DNA of 64,000 bases, from the NCBI RefSeq assembly GCF_001194135.2, contig NC_069002.1, positions 28,571,136 through 28,635,135 on the forward strand, given 5' to 3'. This document shows, piece by piece, positions 47,916-62,039 of this stretch. The stretch's first letter is position 1. Each line of letters opens with the position of its first letter. The translations under genes and the position numbers were made by a program. This DNA comes from Octopus bimaculoides (Eukaryota). Under the pieces are notes generated by a model. The model searched no databases. It saw only the letters and a program-made list of their open reading frames with translations, and was not told the origin of the DNA.

Positions 47916-49299
47916 ATTCAATGAGTTTTTATCGGAAGTATAATTTATTCGCTGATTTTTTTTTAGATATTTAACACAAGCGTAAGTTTAAAAAAAATCT
48001 TTTAAATATATTCTTCAAAGAAATTTTCTGAACGTCATTCCACTCCATATAGAAAAGCAAGTATTGTCTTTGCTGGACATTTGTAACAATCTTGTTTACA
48101 TTCAACCTAAGATGACTTGGAATCAAAGAGACAACGCCTGTCGAGAACGTTAATTAAAACACCAGCAGAGAAAACAAACAAACACAGAAAGCGAAGACAA
48201 ATTTAATCACTAATTTAATAATTACACAGTATGACGTAAATATTCAACAGGATAAAAGACGTCTACATTGACAACAATAACAGTATTTTGGATATTCTCA
48301 GCGATATGGCAAATAACAATAAAGACAATGCTTGTCCACACGTTCATTTTGCCAAATGAAAAATAGTGGGGGAAAAAAAAAGAAGTTTTTCATTCGCCTG
48401 TACCGCTAGTCTCAAAGATGTTTTAAACATGAACCGCCAAAAAAGGAAATATATTTGTAGAATTTTGTGAAGAGAAAGGCCCGTCTCTGCCAGAGCTCAT
48501 TGCTCAAAAGCAAAATCATAAGGTTTATCCTGACATCAACTTATGCTCCCCAAAAAACAAGTGGAGATAACATTTGTCGATGTGAGCAGCGGTATTTTCC
48601 CTACTGGTCGGAACAAATTTGACGGGGTCGAATGCCTAGAGTTTGAAACTGAAGATATAGTTAAAAAGCAAGCAGAGAAGATGGGCAACAAGTTCCGCAA
48701 TTTAAAGGTTGCCATTGTTTTCCTGTCAAGGGTTTTTAGTAACGACGTTGAACTTTGAACTATCGTTAATTTGTAGTTCAGTGCGAGCAGGAGATGAGTG
48801 TCGAGGTAAGTAGGAATAAACGGTATGTATTTGAGAGGGCCTTCAAGGGTCACTTGTGGGTTTTATGCCTAGAATAAGTCGAAAAGCGAAGAAAACAGTA
48901 TAGCCAGCAGCAATCATAGATTCTAGAGATTAATGCTTCTGGGAAATCTTTCCTCATTCGTCAACAGTTCAACACGTCGATGGCCAGAAAGTCGAGAAAC
49001 CCCCTTACTTTGCACTAATGCGACGGAAACGGAGCTGGACTGGGATGGCCAATTGTACTAAAAACCAAAAAAAAAAAAAAAGATAAAATTACGAAAAAGA
49101 AAAAGGTACGGACACCACCTCTTCGGGAGAACAGTCGTGAATTTCACGACTGACTGAAACGGTAATAAGCTCTTGATTAAACTAATGCAAGGTTTTCAGA
49201 CGATGAAGTTGATATACAGACTGAGGAAAAAGGAATAAAACCAGAATGCAAAAGGAACTAAGTTAATGTGCTATTGGTGAACACCTCGGCGATAATCTA

Positions 49300-50330
49300 T
49301 AACTTAAACCAGCCAGCTTAAGTGACGTAGGATACTTATTGCTTCATCCAATATAAATAACAGTGTCACTCTCAAATGTATTATGTCCTTGGTCGAAGAG
49401 TAGAAGGCGGTGGGCGATGTAGGGTTAAGGTGGTTCTCTGAGCCAGAATAAAGTGGCTTCAAATTTTGTAGATTTCTTCGTTTCGTTTACTCTTCAGTGT
49501 CCCTCTTCTTCCTGAGATAACCCTGTTGTTCTGGCAATAGTTTTCAGTTTCAAAAAGTGGCCATGTGCAATAATTCTAGTAAAAAGTTAACACCTTAAAG
49601 GAAGGCATGATAATTAGATAAGAATTATCGACAGCGTTTCCTTTAGATGTCTTTGAACAGTAAAATAGTCCCTCCGAATGTCAATTCTTGCAGGCAACTT
49701 ATATCCACTGATTATTGTCTTATTCAATTCCACGGATATTCTATCATGTAATTATTTGAATTTCCTTCACCAATCAATAAACTTCAACACCAAAATGGCC
49801 AGGGGCTTTACAATTTGTAATTTTAATACAATTCCGACTTCCCATAACCCATACAAGGTGTCTTTTCCTTCATATTAACTTATATTTCATCTCTGTATTT
49901 CACTATTCAGCTTCGGTAATATATTTCCTTTGCCCTAAACATCTCTCCAAAATTTAATTTCTTGTGCCTTTGGGATGACCTGTTCTTGATGTATTTTCCC
50001 ATTCAATTCCTTATCCATTTCTGATCCATATTGAATATGTTTTGTCTATTAGTTTATTCTTTATTCCTACCTTTTGATCAAAATCCTGTTGCAACCCCTT
50101 ACAGTAGTTTCACCTTTCTTTTTCAAGTTACATTTGCTTTATCAATCAACAACACCTCTCTTAGAATTTCAACTGACCTTTTCTTTATCTTTCCAATAAA
50201 TTTATATCAGATCCCAGTATTTTTGCATCTCCTTCAACATCTCCTTTGCCGCCATAGTTCTCGCTTCACAAACCTATTCTTGATGTCTTTCAAAACGTAA
50301 TTCATTCATCACATATGTATTCTCTGCTTT
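49300..50330 (-). pseudogene. R4/Dong-clade (restriction-like endonuclease type) non-LTR retrotransposon RT N-terminal remnant
   Basis: Collinear minus-strand motifs: QNIFNMDQK, KELNG...VIPKAQE.KFWRDV (49938-50012), KAPG..GV..Y (49799-), SKGNAVDN (49624-49647), LPEQQG (49511-49537). These match xWKAPGPDGV, KGNAVxNYRPI and LPEEQKGCR of R4-clade RT. Confidence 0.75.
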
Positions 50331-50749
50331 TATCAAATTCCTGATTTCACATACATTTCTTGTTTCCACATGATAGATAATTCCATTTAAAGTTTTGATA
50401 TCTCTTCCAGTTTAACCCGATCATCATTCTAAAATACTTTTCCTGCGACCCCTCCCAAAATCTTTCTTTTCCATGATTTAAACAATTTTTCTCATCTTGT
50501 TCATTTTCTTCGCCTAATCATTTACAGCCATTCAACAAGGTGCTGCTTGCCTCTTGTTCATCTGGCATTGGCTTTAGCGGCTTTAAGTTGCAGGTCTTTG
50601 TTCTGCTTTTTCCCACTTTGTCATGCTGAATTCTCTCCCCTATTCTTGGAGTTTAACGATGTCACGTGTGGTGGAAGGAGTGAAATGGCAAATTAATACA
50701 TGCAAGGAATTTAAATGACTATATTTGCACTCTCTACCACTCCATTATA

Positions 50750-50961
50750 CACTCACACCTGTGTATGCGTATGTGTGTGTGTTAATATATATGCGTGTGT
50801 ATATGTGTGTATACATGTGTTTATATATATGCGTGTATATGTGTGTATATCTGCATATATATGTGTATATATATTGTGTGTGTGTGTTTATAGATTTGTT
50901 CTATCAACAAACATTCATCTGCCTGTATATATGCATATACATACATGATAATATTAATATA

Positions 50962-51008
<47 letters not shown>

Positions 51009-51170
51009 GCTTGTATATTTGTGTATATACGAATGTATGTTTACACATATGTCCGTGCATATATATATATATTATATATGTATATATGCACGCACAAGCA
51101 TACACAAGTGCGCATGTCAGTATATGCAAGCGTGGGCGTACAAATGTATGCGTGCGCGCATGTGTGGAAA
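50750..51170 (+). repeat. (TA)/(TG)/(CA) compound microsatellite
   Basis: Alternating dinucleotide runs, including (CA)n at ~50963-51000. A similar tract lies at 51590-51770. Confidence 0.95.
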
Positions 51171-52799
51171 CAGTTTAATCTTCATCCAATTTCGTTTCAT
51201 TCCTATCAATCATATATAAACAGCTGCTAATAACAAACAACTGTTCATGATTTTTATCAAAAAAGAAAATAATGGAAAATATAAAAAAAAATCTAGGAAA
51301 TATTTCGTTTTTCACCCATTATTTTGAAATACGATAAGAAAAAACACACACAACACTAGATAAAAATATTTTCTGCAAACAGAATTGATATTCATAATTC
51401 TTATGTCTGTTTTATTGGTTTAGAATATAGGGATTGATTTAGTAGTAACATCATGGGAAAATAGAGAGGTAGAGCAACGGTATTATAAAAAATGTAGTTA
51501 GGATATTTGTACTTCGAGATGGTTTTGTTTGGAGTTGAACATTATTTTCCTTGGTGAAAACTTTAAAGAAACAGATCAAACATGCTTGGCTTACACAAAT
51601 ACATGCGTGCACACAGACATGCATACACGCACGCACACAGACATGCATACATACGCACACATACATGCACGCACACACTGACGTATACACACACACTCAA
51701 GCGCACAAACGCACACATGCACAAAGAAACAAACACACAAACATAATTATATATATATATATATATATATTCGGTTTTTTAACAAAATATAATAAAAATT
51801 ATTCCGGAAACTTTAGTTCTAATTAATAAAAATGATTAATTTCTTCCGGAAACCACAATTCTTCCCACCCCCTTTCTTTTAGGGAGAGACTTTTTTTTTC
51901 TTTTTACCTTAGTTTGAATTTCGTTGCTCACACAATTATTGTCATCGGTACATGTTTATATACGTGCCATTTTTTTTTCTTTTTTTTTTACCCTATTTAC
52001 TATCAGGAAAATGATACAGTATAATTTTATTATTCAGAACAGGCACACGAACCGGATAATTGTTTACACGATGCAGTTTTTACTGGAAACAGCAAGGAGA
52101 AAATAAAATAAAATAAAATAAATTTCATGAATTCGGCAAATTTTTTGTTTTGAGTTGTTTCTTGTTTCAACATTCTGTCAAAGAATATTATAAAATATAT
52201 CCAGAGGCTCAACAGGGTTACTAAACTGATTTCTTTAATTGTACAGAACTGGAATCAATGATATAACTATCTAGGTTACAGGATCAAATGAAAGAAATGT
52301 TGAAAATATATTCTACAATAAACGGAAAAAATACAAGAGGGGAAATCAGCCTTCATAAATTACTATTAAAGTTTTGGCTTTAAGAAATGACTGACTAAAA
52401 ACAAAAAAATAAATCGTGAAGTATTGACTATATTTTTATGCTGTGTATTATGCTAGAACTAAATATTTATATTCAAGTTGAACCAGCTTGTAGATATACG
52501 TATTGATTTGTCATTTTTGTTAAAATTGATTTATTATTTTTATTTGTTGAGAAACATTTAGTTTTCGCAGTTTCCTCTTACGCCATTTGTGATAAAATGG
52601 AAACCCGAATTTCGTTTTTATTTTTGCATTTTCAATACCTTGAGATTTCTTTTGAAGCAATTTTAACAATGTTTACAGAGTTCACAAACCAAGTTGGCAT
52701 AATTCCTTCAGTTTCTAATTTGAAACCAACTTATTTCAAATCTTCAGTGTTTGATATTGCACGAAGTTCCTTAAAGGTCTAATTAATATTTGAGGTTGT

Positions 52800-54230
52800 T
52801 ACAGCGGCGGGCTGGCGCAGTCCTTTCTACTATATGCACAAGGCCTGAAATTTTGTGGGAGGGGACTAGTCGGTTACATTGACCCCCCCCACCAATGTTT
52901 CACTGGTATTTAATTTATCGACCCCGAAAGGATGAAAACCACAGTCGACCTCGGAGGAATTTGAACTCAGAACGTAGTGACGGGTGGGCTGGCGCTATCG
53001 TTACAGCACCGGGAAAAAATGCTTCGCGGCATTTCTTCCCACTTTGCTTCAGGGTTCAAATTCCACCGGGGTCGACTTTACCTTTGATCCTTTCGGTGTT
53101 GATAAAACAAGCACCATTGAACACTGGGGTTGACATAGTCGACTTAGCCCCTTTTCTCGAAATTGCTGGCCTTGTGCCAGAATTTGAAACCGATATTTTA
53201 AGTCGTCATCGAAGTGTTTTTATTTCTTCATCTTTACTCGTTCCCATCACTGGACCGCAGCTCTGCTGGGGGCGCCACCTTCAAGGATTTAGTCGAACAA
53301 ACCGATTCCAGTACTTACTGCTTTGAAGTCTGATAATTATCCCATCGGTTCTCTTTTGTCAAACCGCTAAGTCACAGGGACTTAAGCAAACCTGTACCAG
53401 TTGTCAAGCGGTGGTGGTGTTGGTTGGTGGGTGGGTGTTTGGTCGAATACAAACACATGCGATGGGTTTCTTACACAAGTTCCGTGTACCACATTCACCC
53501 ACAAGGCATCGGTCAGTCTAGAGACATTGTAGAAGACACCTGCCCAAGGTTCCATGCAGTGGGATTGAACCCGTAATCACTTGGTTGCAAAATAAATTTC
53601 TTAAGCATACAGCCATGCGGAGAATTCAAATGTCACATTTTTTATGCCGCTTGAGCACCATTGCGAACGTTCTTTTACTCTTTTACTTTCTTCAATCATT
53701 TGACAGCAGCCAAGGTGGACCCCAGGACTTATTCTTTGTAAGCCTAGTACTTATTCTATCGGTCTCTTTTGCCGAACCGCGTAGCTACAGAGACATAAAC
53801 ACACCAGCATCGGTTGTCAAGCGATGGTGGGGGGACAAACATTATATACATCTATATATTTACGACGGGCTTATTTCAGTTTCCGTCTACCAAATGCACT
53901 CTCAAGACACTTGCCTAAGGTGCCACGCAGTGGGACTGAACCCAAAACCATGTGGTTGGGAAGCAGGCTTCTTACCACACAGCCACACCTGTCCAATATG
54001 ACATTAAGGTAGCAAGCAGGCAGAATCGTTAGCATGCCGGACAAAATGCTTCGTGGCATTTCATCCATCTCCAAGTTCTGAGTTCAAATTCTGCCAAGGC
54101 AGACGTTACCCTTCATTCTGTTGCGATCGATAACATAAGTACCAGCTGAACACTGGCGTCGATGTAATCGACTTATACCCTCCCCGAAATTGCTGGCCTT
54201 GTACCAAAATTTGAAACCATTATAATTCCT
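52800..54230. mobile_element. Dense SINE cluster: family B (~52800-53190 in mixed orientation, and 54010-54230 plus) and family A (~53230-53610 and ~53670-53990, minus)
   Basis: Family-B core (atcgaccccgaaaggatgaaa...cctcggaggaatttgaactcagaacg; ggttcaaattccaccggggtcgactttacc) and family-A reverse copies (aaggtgccacgcagtgggactgaaccc...cttaccacacagccac). Confidence 0.85.
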
Positions 54231-55499
54231 TCATTAATCCATAATATTTAACTTCCCTCAATATATTTCCACGCTTGTAAATATCGCATACAACCCTCTT
54301 CATTTCTTATCAATCAAACTACTTGAAAACGTCAGTTGTACAACTGCGCTCATTTCTAAAGAAATTTATTGAATTCACTTGAAAGTTTACTTGTTATTTC
54401 TGGTTGTTTGCTGATAGAGTTTCTAAACAGCAAAACATATTTAACCATTTTTCAAAATTATATAGCACAACGTTGATTATATTTTCCCAATAACCTAGAT
54501 TTTGCATATAGTAACTATACCTATCTAAAGCTAAGAGAATATTTTATTTTGTCGCATCATAAATTTGATAAACCACAAGACGAAATTTCGAGTAAAAACT
54601 TTTATCATCCATTATGAACGAATGAATAATTCAATAATCGGCATAGGTGTGGAGTTAAGAAGCTCGATTAGTAACCGTGTGATTTCAGGTTCAGTCCCAC
54701 TGAGCGGCACTTTGAGCATCCAATGTCTTCAATGAATTTAGTTGACGGAAACTGTGAGGAAGCCCGTCGTGTATGTATTATACATGTGTACAATACTGAA
54801 ATGTATTATTAAGAATACACTTGCGGGTGTATTAAAACATTCCAACAGGCTTTACCGAGGCTGGTCAGCGAGGAGATTTTTTCTATAGTGTGTGTGGGGG
54901 GGGGGAGATCTCCCGATTCAAAAATTGGAATTATCACTTCGGATTGTCACTGCTTTGGTGTCTTTCCAGAGATCAAAGCCACTTGGCCTAGACGAGTCAG
55001 CCAGAATATACTGTCTTTATTTATAAAAAAATCTGTAGCATTTCAGGTCGAATTTCATCCTTCCTAACAGCCTTGCCATCTTTGAGCGCTTTAACTTTCT
55101 ATGACTTAAGCATTTGTGCACTTCGTGTCCACCAGAAGGTTCTATTTTGACTGGACTTGTAACTAACTCGAGAACGAGGTGGTTGGGTAATATCCGTAAC
55201 CTCATTTGGTCACAGTTGGGAATCCAATCGAATATATAATGACGGTTGCTTTTTATATTACCCTGTGGAGGAGGTACTTGAGGGCTCTTCGACCACGACT
55301 CAGTCCGCGGGAATTGTGGGAGGATAAGATGGATAAATGGACGCTCCGACAGACTGGAACATGAACATGCTAATCGCTGTTGTGTATATAATGATTTATT
55401 AAATATAAAGAGAAAAATATGCCAGTAAAAGAAAAACATAAGACGTTCTTTATACTTTGCCAACGTGGAGCCGACACGGACGATTGAAAGCTATCTCAA

Positions 55500-56232
55500 T
55501 ATTGGAAACCAGTCACCCGTGTTGTGATGACATATACTGGGTATAAAAATGCTGACATCAAGACGGATGTTCAGCGCTTTGTGAACACTGTAAAGGCCGT
55601 GAGACATGATATGGACAGCTGAAACGGCAACTTTGAAGCCAACAGGAAGGGACAAAGCAGGTATTCTAACTGAGGCAGCACGATGGAGTTCATCCTCGTA
55701 TCTTTGAGCCTCATGCTCAACTCAGACGTCTGTGTGAAGCTACTGAATTATCTGGTCAATCCCTGGTTGCAGTGTATCGTTGCTGGAAGGTCATATGTGA
55801 AGCAGCAGGATTCCGCTTCTTGTCATATCTTCGTAAGTGTTAGAAGTGGTTGACGGAGAATTTCTATGACTTCATCAGATCCATTTTCTGGCCCTCTAAT
55901 TCCGCTGATTGTAATCCCACGGATTACTATGTATGGCATGCAGTTAAGACAGACACCAACCACTCTACCTGCAAAGCCAAGGCCGAGCTGGTTACCAAGA
56001 TCAAGTTGTTGTTCGAAGATCTTCCCAGGGTCACAGTGATGAACACATACTCCCGGGGGCGTCATGAGGCTGTGGTGGAAACTGACGGCGCTTACTTTGA
56101 ATAAACTGTTATTTCCCAATCATAATCCGGTTGATTTCTTTTTTGAATTTTTAAATAAATATCTATATTTTTGGAACCGATATTGTTTTCTTTTCCTATT
56201 ATACAAACTGTCAGATTTAACCAAAGCACTCT
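55500..56232 (+). pseudogene. Tc1/mariner DD37D (maT-type) internally deleted transposase copy 1
   Basis: N-terminal GYKNADIKTDVQRFVNTVKAVRHDM is joined to ..LNSD..VKLL..LVNPWL..VAGRSYVKQQDSASCH...KWLTENFYDF...FWPSNSADCNPTDYYVW...DGAYFE*. There are 37 residues between the two Asp allowing for a 1-nt deletion. A TIR-like remnant lies at ~56205-56232. Confidence 0.88.
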
Positions 56233-56769
56233 TTTTTAAACCTTAACATATGTTTAATTAATGTTGAGGTTATTAAACCAGCCAGCAAAAACAAAAACCC
56301 CACCCTCCACCAAATCATGTGAGTCAATACACTGAAATTGAATTGTTTTTCTGTTTCTTTTTTCAATGGTATGACAATGAGAAGCAGTTATTTGACGACT
56401 TTTGTCTTGAAATAAGTTTATTAATCACTTATTGACGACGCTCGTATTCAAAGCTGTGTGGTGGGGGTTAAACTAATCATAGATTCATACCCAGCAGGAG
56501 AATCGTGCGAACAGAATACAAGTATCTTTTAATATGATTTTTACATCCGATAGATCTACTGTGACACTATACAGATGTAGACATTTATCCTGACGAGTAT
56601 GTGTGCGCGCGCACACACAAAAAAAATTAATAATTTTGAACGTTATCTCGTCATGTCTTTTTTTTTTTTATTTATCTTTTTCTACTATACGAGAACACAC
56701 GCGTGTATGCAGGCGCAGTTCAGATGATCAAATAACTGAACATAATTGGAAATTCTGACCGAGACCACA

Positions 56770-56861
56770 GTATATATATATATATATATACACACACACA
56801 TATATATACACGCACGTATATATACACACACATATACATATATGTGTGTGTATATATATAG

Positions 56862-56892
<31 letters not shown>

Positions 56893-57105
56893 CACGCGCA
56901 CGTTCTATATATGTACATATAGACACACGTATATATATATATACACACACACACACATTGAAGCCAATGGTGATTTTATTGAATAAATTTACTCTTTAGC
57001 ATTTCAAGATATATTTACCAAAATTACATAAAAATATCTTCAGATGAGATGTCAGTGTTATTTTTATTTTCGCGGAATTTAGGCGAGAGTTTATTCATCG
57101 CACCC

Positions 57106-57183
<78 letters not shown>

Positions 57184-57345
57184 TGTTTATATATACATAC
57201 ACACGTGCGTATATATACATACACACGTGCGTATATATAAATATGTACGCACGTGTATATATACATAGGCACATATATACTAACATACATATATATACAC
57301 ATATATACAAACACATACACACACATACACAGACACACACACATA
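56770..57345 (+). repeat. (TA)/(CA) microsatellite block containing an isolated maT-type right terminus at 57001-57107
   Basis: ...tttattcatcgcaccctg (reverse complement CAGGGTG, as at 58181-58187) is followed by (TG)(TA)n. Confidence 0.7.
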
Positions 57346-57559
57346 CAGTTATACGTTTGTGTGTTCGAGCTAAATTCGACGATTTTCTGTCCGTTTCGTC
57401 AGGAACAGCATGGTGTATTGCTGAACAGTCAACAGCATTGGAGAGCATAAATATTAATACCGTAGTTGGGAAAAATTTAGCTGACAAGAACGGCTGGAAT
57501 CCCTCTGAAAATTGCAAAAACTATCATTTGTGTTCGTATTGAATACCAAAATGCCAACA

Positions 57560-58187
57560 TTATGTCTGCTGCTCAATACTCTGAACATTATAAAAACGGT
57601 AAGACATGATATGGGCAGCTGAAACGGAGTGTACGAACAAGAAGGGACAGAACAGGCGTTCTGATCCCAACATCTTTGAACAGCGCCTTAGGCTCAACTC
57701 AGGCAGCTATGAGAAGCTACTGGAAAATACGGTCAATCCCTGGCGGGAGAGGGTTGCTACTCGAAGGCCCTGTGTGTGAGACGGGATTCTTTTCCTTACC
57801 ATATTTTCGGTAAGATTCAGAATTGTTGTCGGAGAATCTCTACAACTTCACCAACGCCAATTTCTGGCCTCCTTCCTCGAATAGTTACCCCAGAGATTAC
57901 TGTGTGTAGGGCACAGTTGAGAAAGGCACAAATCGCTCTGCCTGAAACACTAAGGCCAAACTGGTGGCCAAGATCGAGGAAGTGTTCGAAGATCTTATCA
58001 GGGACAAGTGAGGAATGCCTGCGCCAGGTTCCAGATCTGTCTTGAGGCTTTGATAAAATTTAAGGGCTGCTACTTTGAATCAGCTGTGATATCCCAGCCA
58101 CAATGTAATCGATATTTAAAAAATATTTTAAAAAAACATTTTTAGTTTTGGGTGGGATTAACTGCCAAATTGAGCCCGAGCACCCTG
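57560..58187 (+). pseudogene. Tc1/mariner DD37D (maT-type) internally deleted transposase copy 2 with right TIR
   Basis: KTVRHDMGS*NG is joined to PNIFEQRLRLNSGSYEKLLENTVNPWRERVA.RRPCV...DSFPYH...LSENLYNF...FWPPSS..YPRDYCV...KAKLVAKIEEVFEDL...GCYFE. The element ends gagcaccctg (CAGGGTG terminus). Confidence 0.85.
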
Positions 58188-59339
58188 CCTGTGCATATGC
58201 ATATATGTAAATAGAGATAGGGGAGGGAGGAGAAAGGGAATGAGGGAGGGAGGGAGAGTGAGGAAGGAGACATTGAGAGAGAATAAGGAAAGGAAAAAAG
58301 TGTGAACATAATCTGTGTATCACACTTAATGTAGATGCATCGTTGAAGGTCTGATAAACTAAGATTTTCGTCTCGAGAAGGCATTTCTTATAGTGGCATA
58401 GTGTTAAAGACCCCAGAAATATATCAGTAACAGGCGAAAATTGCTTAGCAGAGATTGTGACATTGTTAAATACGTATTATTGCTTTTTGACTTTCATCAG
58501 TAGCAAATATCCATACATATTTTTTCTTTCGTTTGTTTCACTCATTGGACTACGGCCATGCTGTAGCATCGTCTCGAAGGGTTAAATCGAAGAAAATGAC
58601 CCCATCGTAGACAAATATTGGTCCCCACTCAAGCTTGGTCACTAACATGATAAGAATGACCACAAAAGATCCATTCTCGTGTGTATTCCCGTTTCCAACC
58701 ATAAAAGAAACCGCAAAAGTTCACATGTATATTCTGTGTTTCTTTTCCTTTCATTCCTTAATTTCGAATTCGAACTGCTAATCCTGCGAAATATCATGAA
58801 GAAATGATTATCTCCCCTCTATTAAATATCTGCTTTGGGTCACCAATTGTTTTGCAAAAAAAAATTTGGATTCAGCATCAATCGGAATCTCTATTTTGTG
58901 TTGTTTTAGCGAAAGACTGGCTCCCAGTACGCTGTGGCACCCTAGGGGTACCAATTTCATAGTAACTGAGAGAACCTACAAATCGTTGTCTTAAACGAAA
59001 AGAATGTATTTCATTATAACTTATTGCTGATTCTCGAAGTGGGTGGTCATAGCTGGGTACCTTCTTTTGCCGGGTGATGAGCGAACCTGCTAAGATATTT
59101 TAATGGGTCTGCTTGCTAGAATTAATATTTTAAAAACAATTGAGAATGGCATTTCAATAGTGGATTGTACGGTCCTCTGAATAGAGGTATTTCGCAATTA
59201 TGCTGGAAAGATGGTAAATAGATCGTGTTGGAATTGAATAGTATAGCTGCTCAGTGATTTTATGTAACATCTTGAATTTCTACAAGGCACGAGTGAAACC
59301 CGAAACCGCTAAAACGTAACTCAATAATTTATGGGGACA

Positions 59340-60215
59340 CTAAGTCGGCGAGTTGGCAGCCGGACAAAATGTGCAGTAGTATTTTGTTCGTCTTCACCGG
59401 GGCGACTTCCCCTCTAATCCTTTCCGAGTCGATGAAATAAGTACCATTTGATCATTGGGGTGGGGGTCGATGTAATCAAGTTATCCCTACTCTACCGAAA
59501 TTGCTGGCCTTGCATCAAAATTTGGAATCAATTTATGGGAACACTGCTTGATGTCTTCGACTTGAAGGAGATGCAATTAATTGCTCCTCATTCGTCACTC
59601 GTGCAACGCAACACAATGAACAGGAAAATATTGGCAAGTCGATCTCTGGACACAAGGAGGGCATCTGGCTGATGCTAAGTCACTCGAAGCAGCACAGTGT
59701 AATAGCTTCCCTACTAAGACTTATATACATAGGGTAGTGTTCCTCAACCATTTTCATCTCATTTACTCTTCCACTATGTATAGGAATGCCGCTTCCTCTT
59801 TCTAAGAGTATCTCACTCAAAAGGTACTTTCCATATATTAAGCATATAATACAGAGAATCATATTTTTACAGCCACATCGTGTTAGGTTCAGTTCAATTG
59901 CGTGGTTCATTCGGCAAATGTCGTCTTCTATAACCCTAGGCTCACCGATGCTTTCTGAGTGAATTTGGTAGACAGAAACTGTGTGGAATCTCGTCGCATA
60001 CGTGTATGTATGTATGTGTGTGCTCTTGTGTTTGTCTCCCTTCCCCACATGACAACTGGTGCTGGTTTGTTTATGTGCGTGTAATCAAGCAATTAGGCAA
60101 AAGAGATCGACAGAATAAGTACCAGACTTTCAAAATAAACCCGGGGTCAATTTCTTCGACTCAACCCTTCGAGGCGATGCTACAGCATGGCCGTAGTCCA
60201 ATGAGTGAAACATAC
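59340..60215 (+). mobile_element. SINE family B (59340-59530) and SINE family A (59860-60215)
   Basis: taagtcggcgagttggcag...cctttccgagtcgatgaaataagtacc, and ggttcagttcaattgcgtgg...gaatttggtagacagaaactg...gaggcgatgctacagcatggccgtagtccaatgagtgaaa. Confidence 0.8.
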
Positions 60216-60884
60216 GAAAAATATTTATTAGGCATTGTTTTTATAGTGGAATTATACAGATTTAATAACAACTGAAAACGTTGAAGGACTTTAAATCTTG
60301 AAATAAAGTACAATACTTTTACATATTCGTAACAGATTACTTAACAGACCAAAGTTTACAGCACAATTCTTCAGTAAATCTAAAACCACCAGTAGAACGT
60401 TGCTTCACTCTAATGGGAAAACCTACTTTTTTTTATTTTGTTAATTCTGGGATGCATGAAGGACTGCTTGAAAGGGTCTAACGCAGGGAATTTTCGACCT
60501 TAAATCTATTTCATTGTTTTGTTTTCCTCTGCAACAGGTTGACCAAACAAAATACCCAGATAGCTGTTTCTGCTACTGGGGCACCTCTTTGAAGGAGTTC
60601 GTCGAAATGCTAAGTTACGGGGACGTACACAAGCTGACACTGGTTGCTAAGCGATAGTTGCAAATAAACGGACACACACGCTGCAGACTTCTACATAGTT
60701 TTCCTTTTATCAAATTCGTTCACAAGACATTGATCAGTACGGTCCTATCGTAGTCTAATGTGCCACACAGTGAGACTGAATCCCAAACCATGTGATTACA
60801 AACGAGACAGCTCCCACCCAGAAAATATCCGAATTCATTTCCCAGAGCTGTTAAATACTCTAATTTAATTTCTTTCTTATTAAT

Positions 60885-61850
60885 TGGAGTTCTTGATCCT
60901 CGTCACCAGCAACAAGAATTAGTGACAGTATTTCAAACATTGCAATCTTTTTAATACTGACCTTTCTCTTCCAATTTTCCATGTTTCACATGAAAACTTT
61001 CAAGAATGCTATGGATTTTATGATGTTTGTATTCCTTTTTAATCTTTAGAGATTCAGTTTGTTCAACTGTTCAAAAACAATCTACAAAACAGACAAAACA
61101 CGCTCGCCATTCCTCATCACCTAATCAGGCAAAAAGTTCTTCATCTTGAACTTCAAAAAATAATTTACGCTCATCTCTCAGCTCAGATACTCGGTCAGTT
61201 ACATTTCCTTTCGAGAGCCATCGAACGTATGTATGATACTGTAGAAAGTTTCCTCTTTGACGAAATTGGCAATTTGAATTGCTTGATCGAAAATCTCTTG
61301 TGGAGCTGGCAGTGTTTCTGAGGCTAGTGTATGACGAAGAACCAAACAATGAATGTTTTTCACTTCCGGCGCTCGCTTTCCACACAAGCAAAAACATTTT
61401 GTCCCCAAACTAGCTGGTGCTGCATTTGTGCAGCACCCATAGACATTAGCCCTTAAACTTTGAGACCTTGGTGGTTGTTTTCAGAAGAGAACAAGAGAGA
61501 AACTCTTCTTTAAATGAACCAGAAAGAGCATACCATTCAAATCACACCAGCAGCAGGGAACAGAACATCATGCCATAGTAGTCGATTCAACAAGATGAGC
61601 GGAAAATAAACCAAATTTTGCTGAATTGATATCCTGCACAACTTGATTCTTGATGTCTGTAGGCGTGTCTCCGATCCTCCTTTCAAAAATACCGTTTGAT
61701 AGTGAAACGGCTGCGAGTTTTTGCTCCAAACAATTTCTCAACACAATGTCCACCTTTTTCGAAAGCACCATGCTTGATCAAAATTTCTTCGTTAACTCCA
61801 GTGCTACAACATTAGCTTCAATGATCTTTGGGTTCATTTCTTGTGATGCC
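60885..61850 (-). pseudogene. Buster-family hAT transposase fossil (ZBED5/Charlie/SPIN-like)
   Basis: Minus strand reads KIIEA.VVALELTKK, KLAAVSLSN...RRIGD...DIKNQVV...VESTT (DESTD motif), CTNAAPA.LG...IHCLVLRHTLASETLP, HTYVRWLSKGNV.DRV.ELRDE, DEEW...FEQLNKLNL, ENWKRKV...AMFE. Confidence 0.88.
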
Positions 61851-62039
61851 GTAATGCATTTGTTGAATTCCTCCTCTTCATCTTTAGAACATTTCCCTCA
61901 TTGTTCTTGTTCTTCTGTTGAAGAAGAATATACAACATGGGGATTCCTTATCAGTGAAAGACATTACGGCAATAACCAATAAGGTTCGAAATTCATTGCA
62001 TCCAAGAAAAGACCTTGGAAGCAAATAGAGAATGGAAAA

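Noticed and set aside
57362-57542. Protein-like frame KFDDFLSVSSGTAWCIAEQ...NYHLCSY
   Set aside because: No recognisable homology. It is squeezed between a microsatellite and a maT remnant and is probably element-internal sequence.
58780-59150. Gypsy RT-like phrase IISP...FGSPIVLQKK
   Set aside because: A single weak motif with no YxDD or collinear downstream support.
60510-60660. Strong splice acceptor (ttttgttttcctctgcaacag) followed by an open frame
   Set aside because: The frame runs into antisense SINE-A sequence and stops, and no donor was found.
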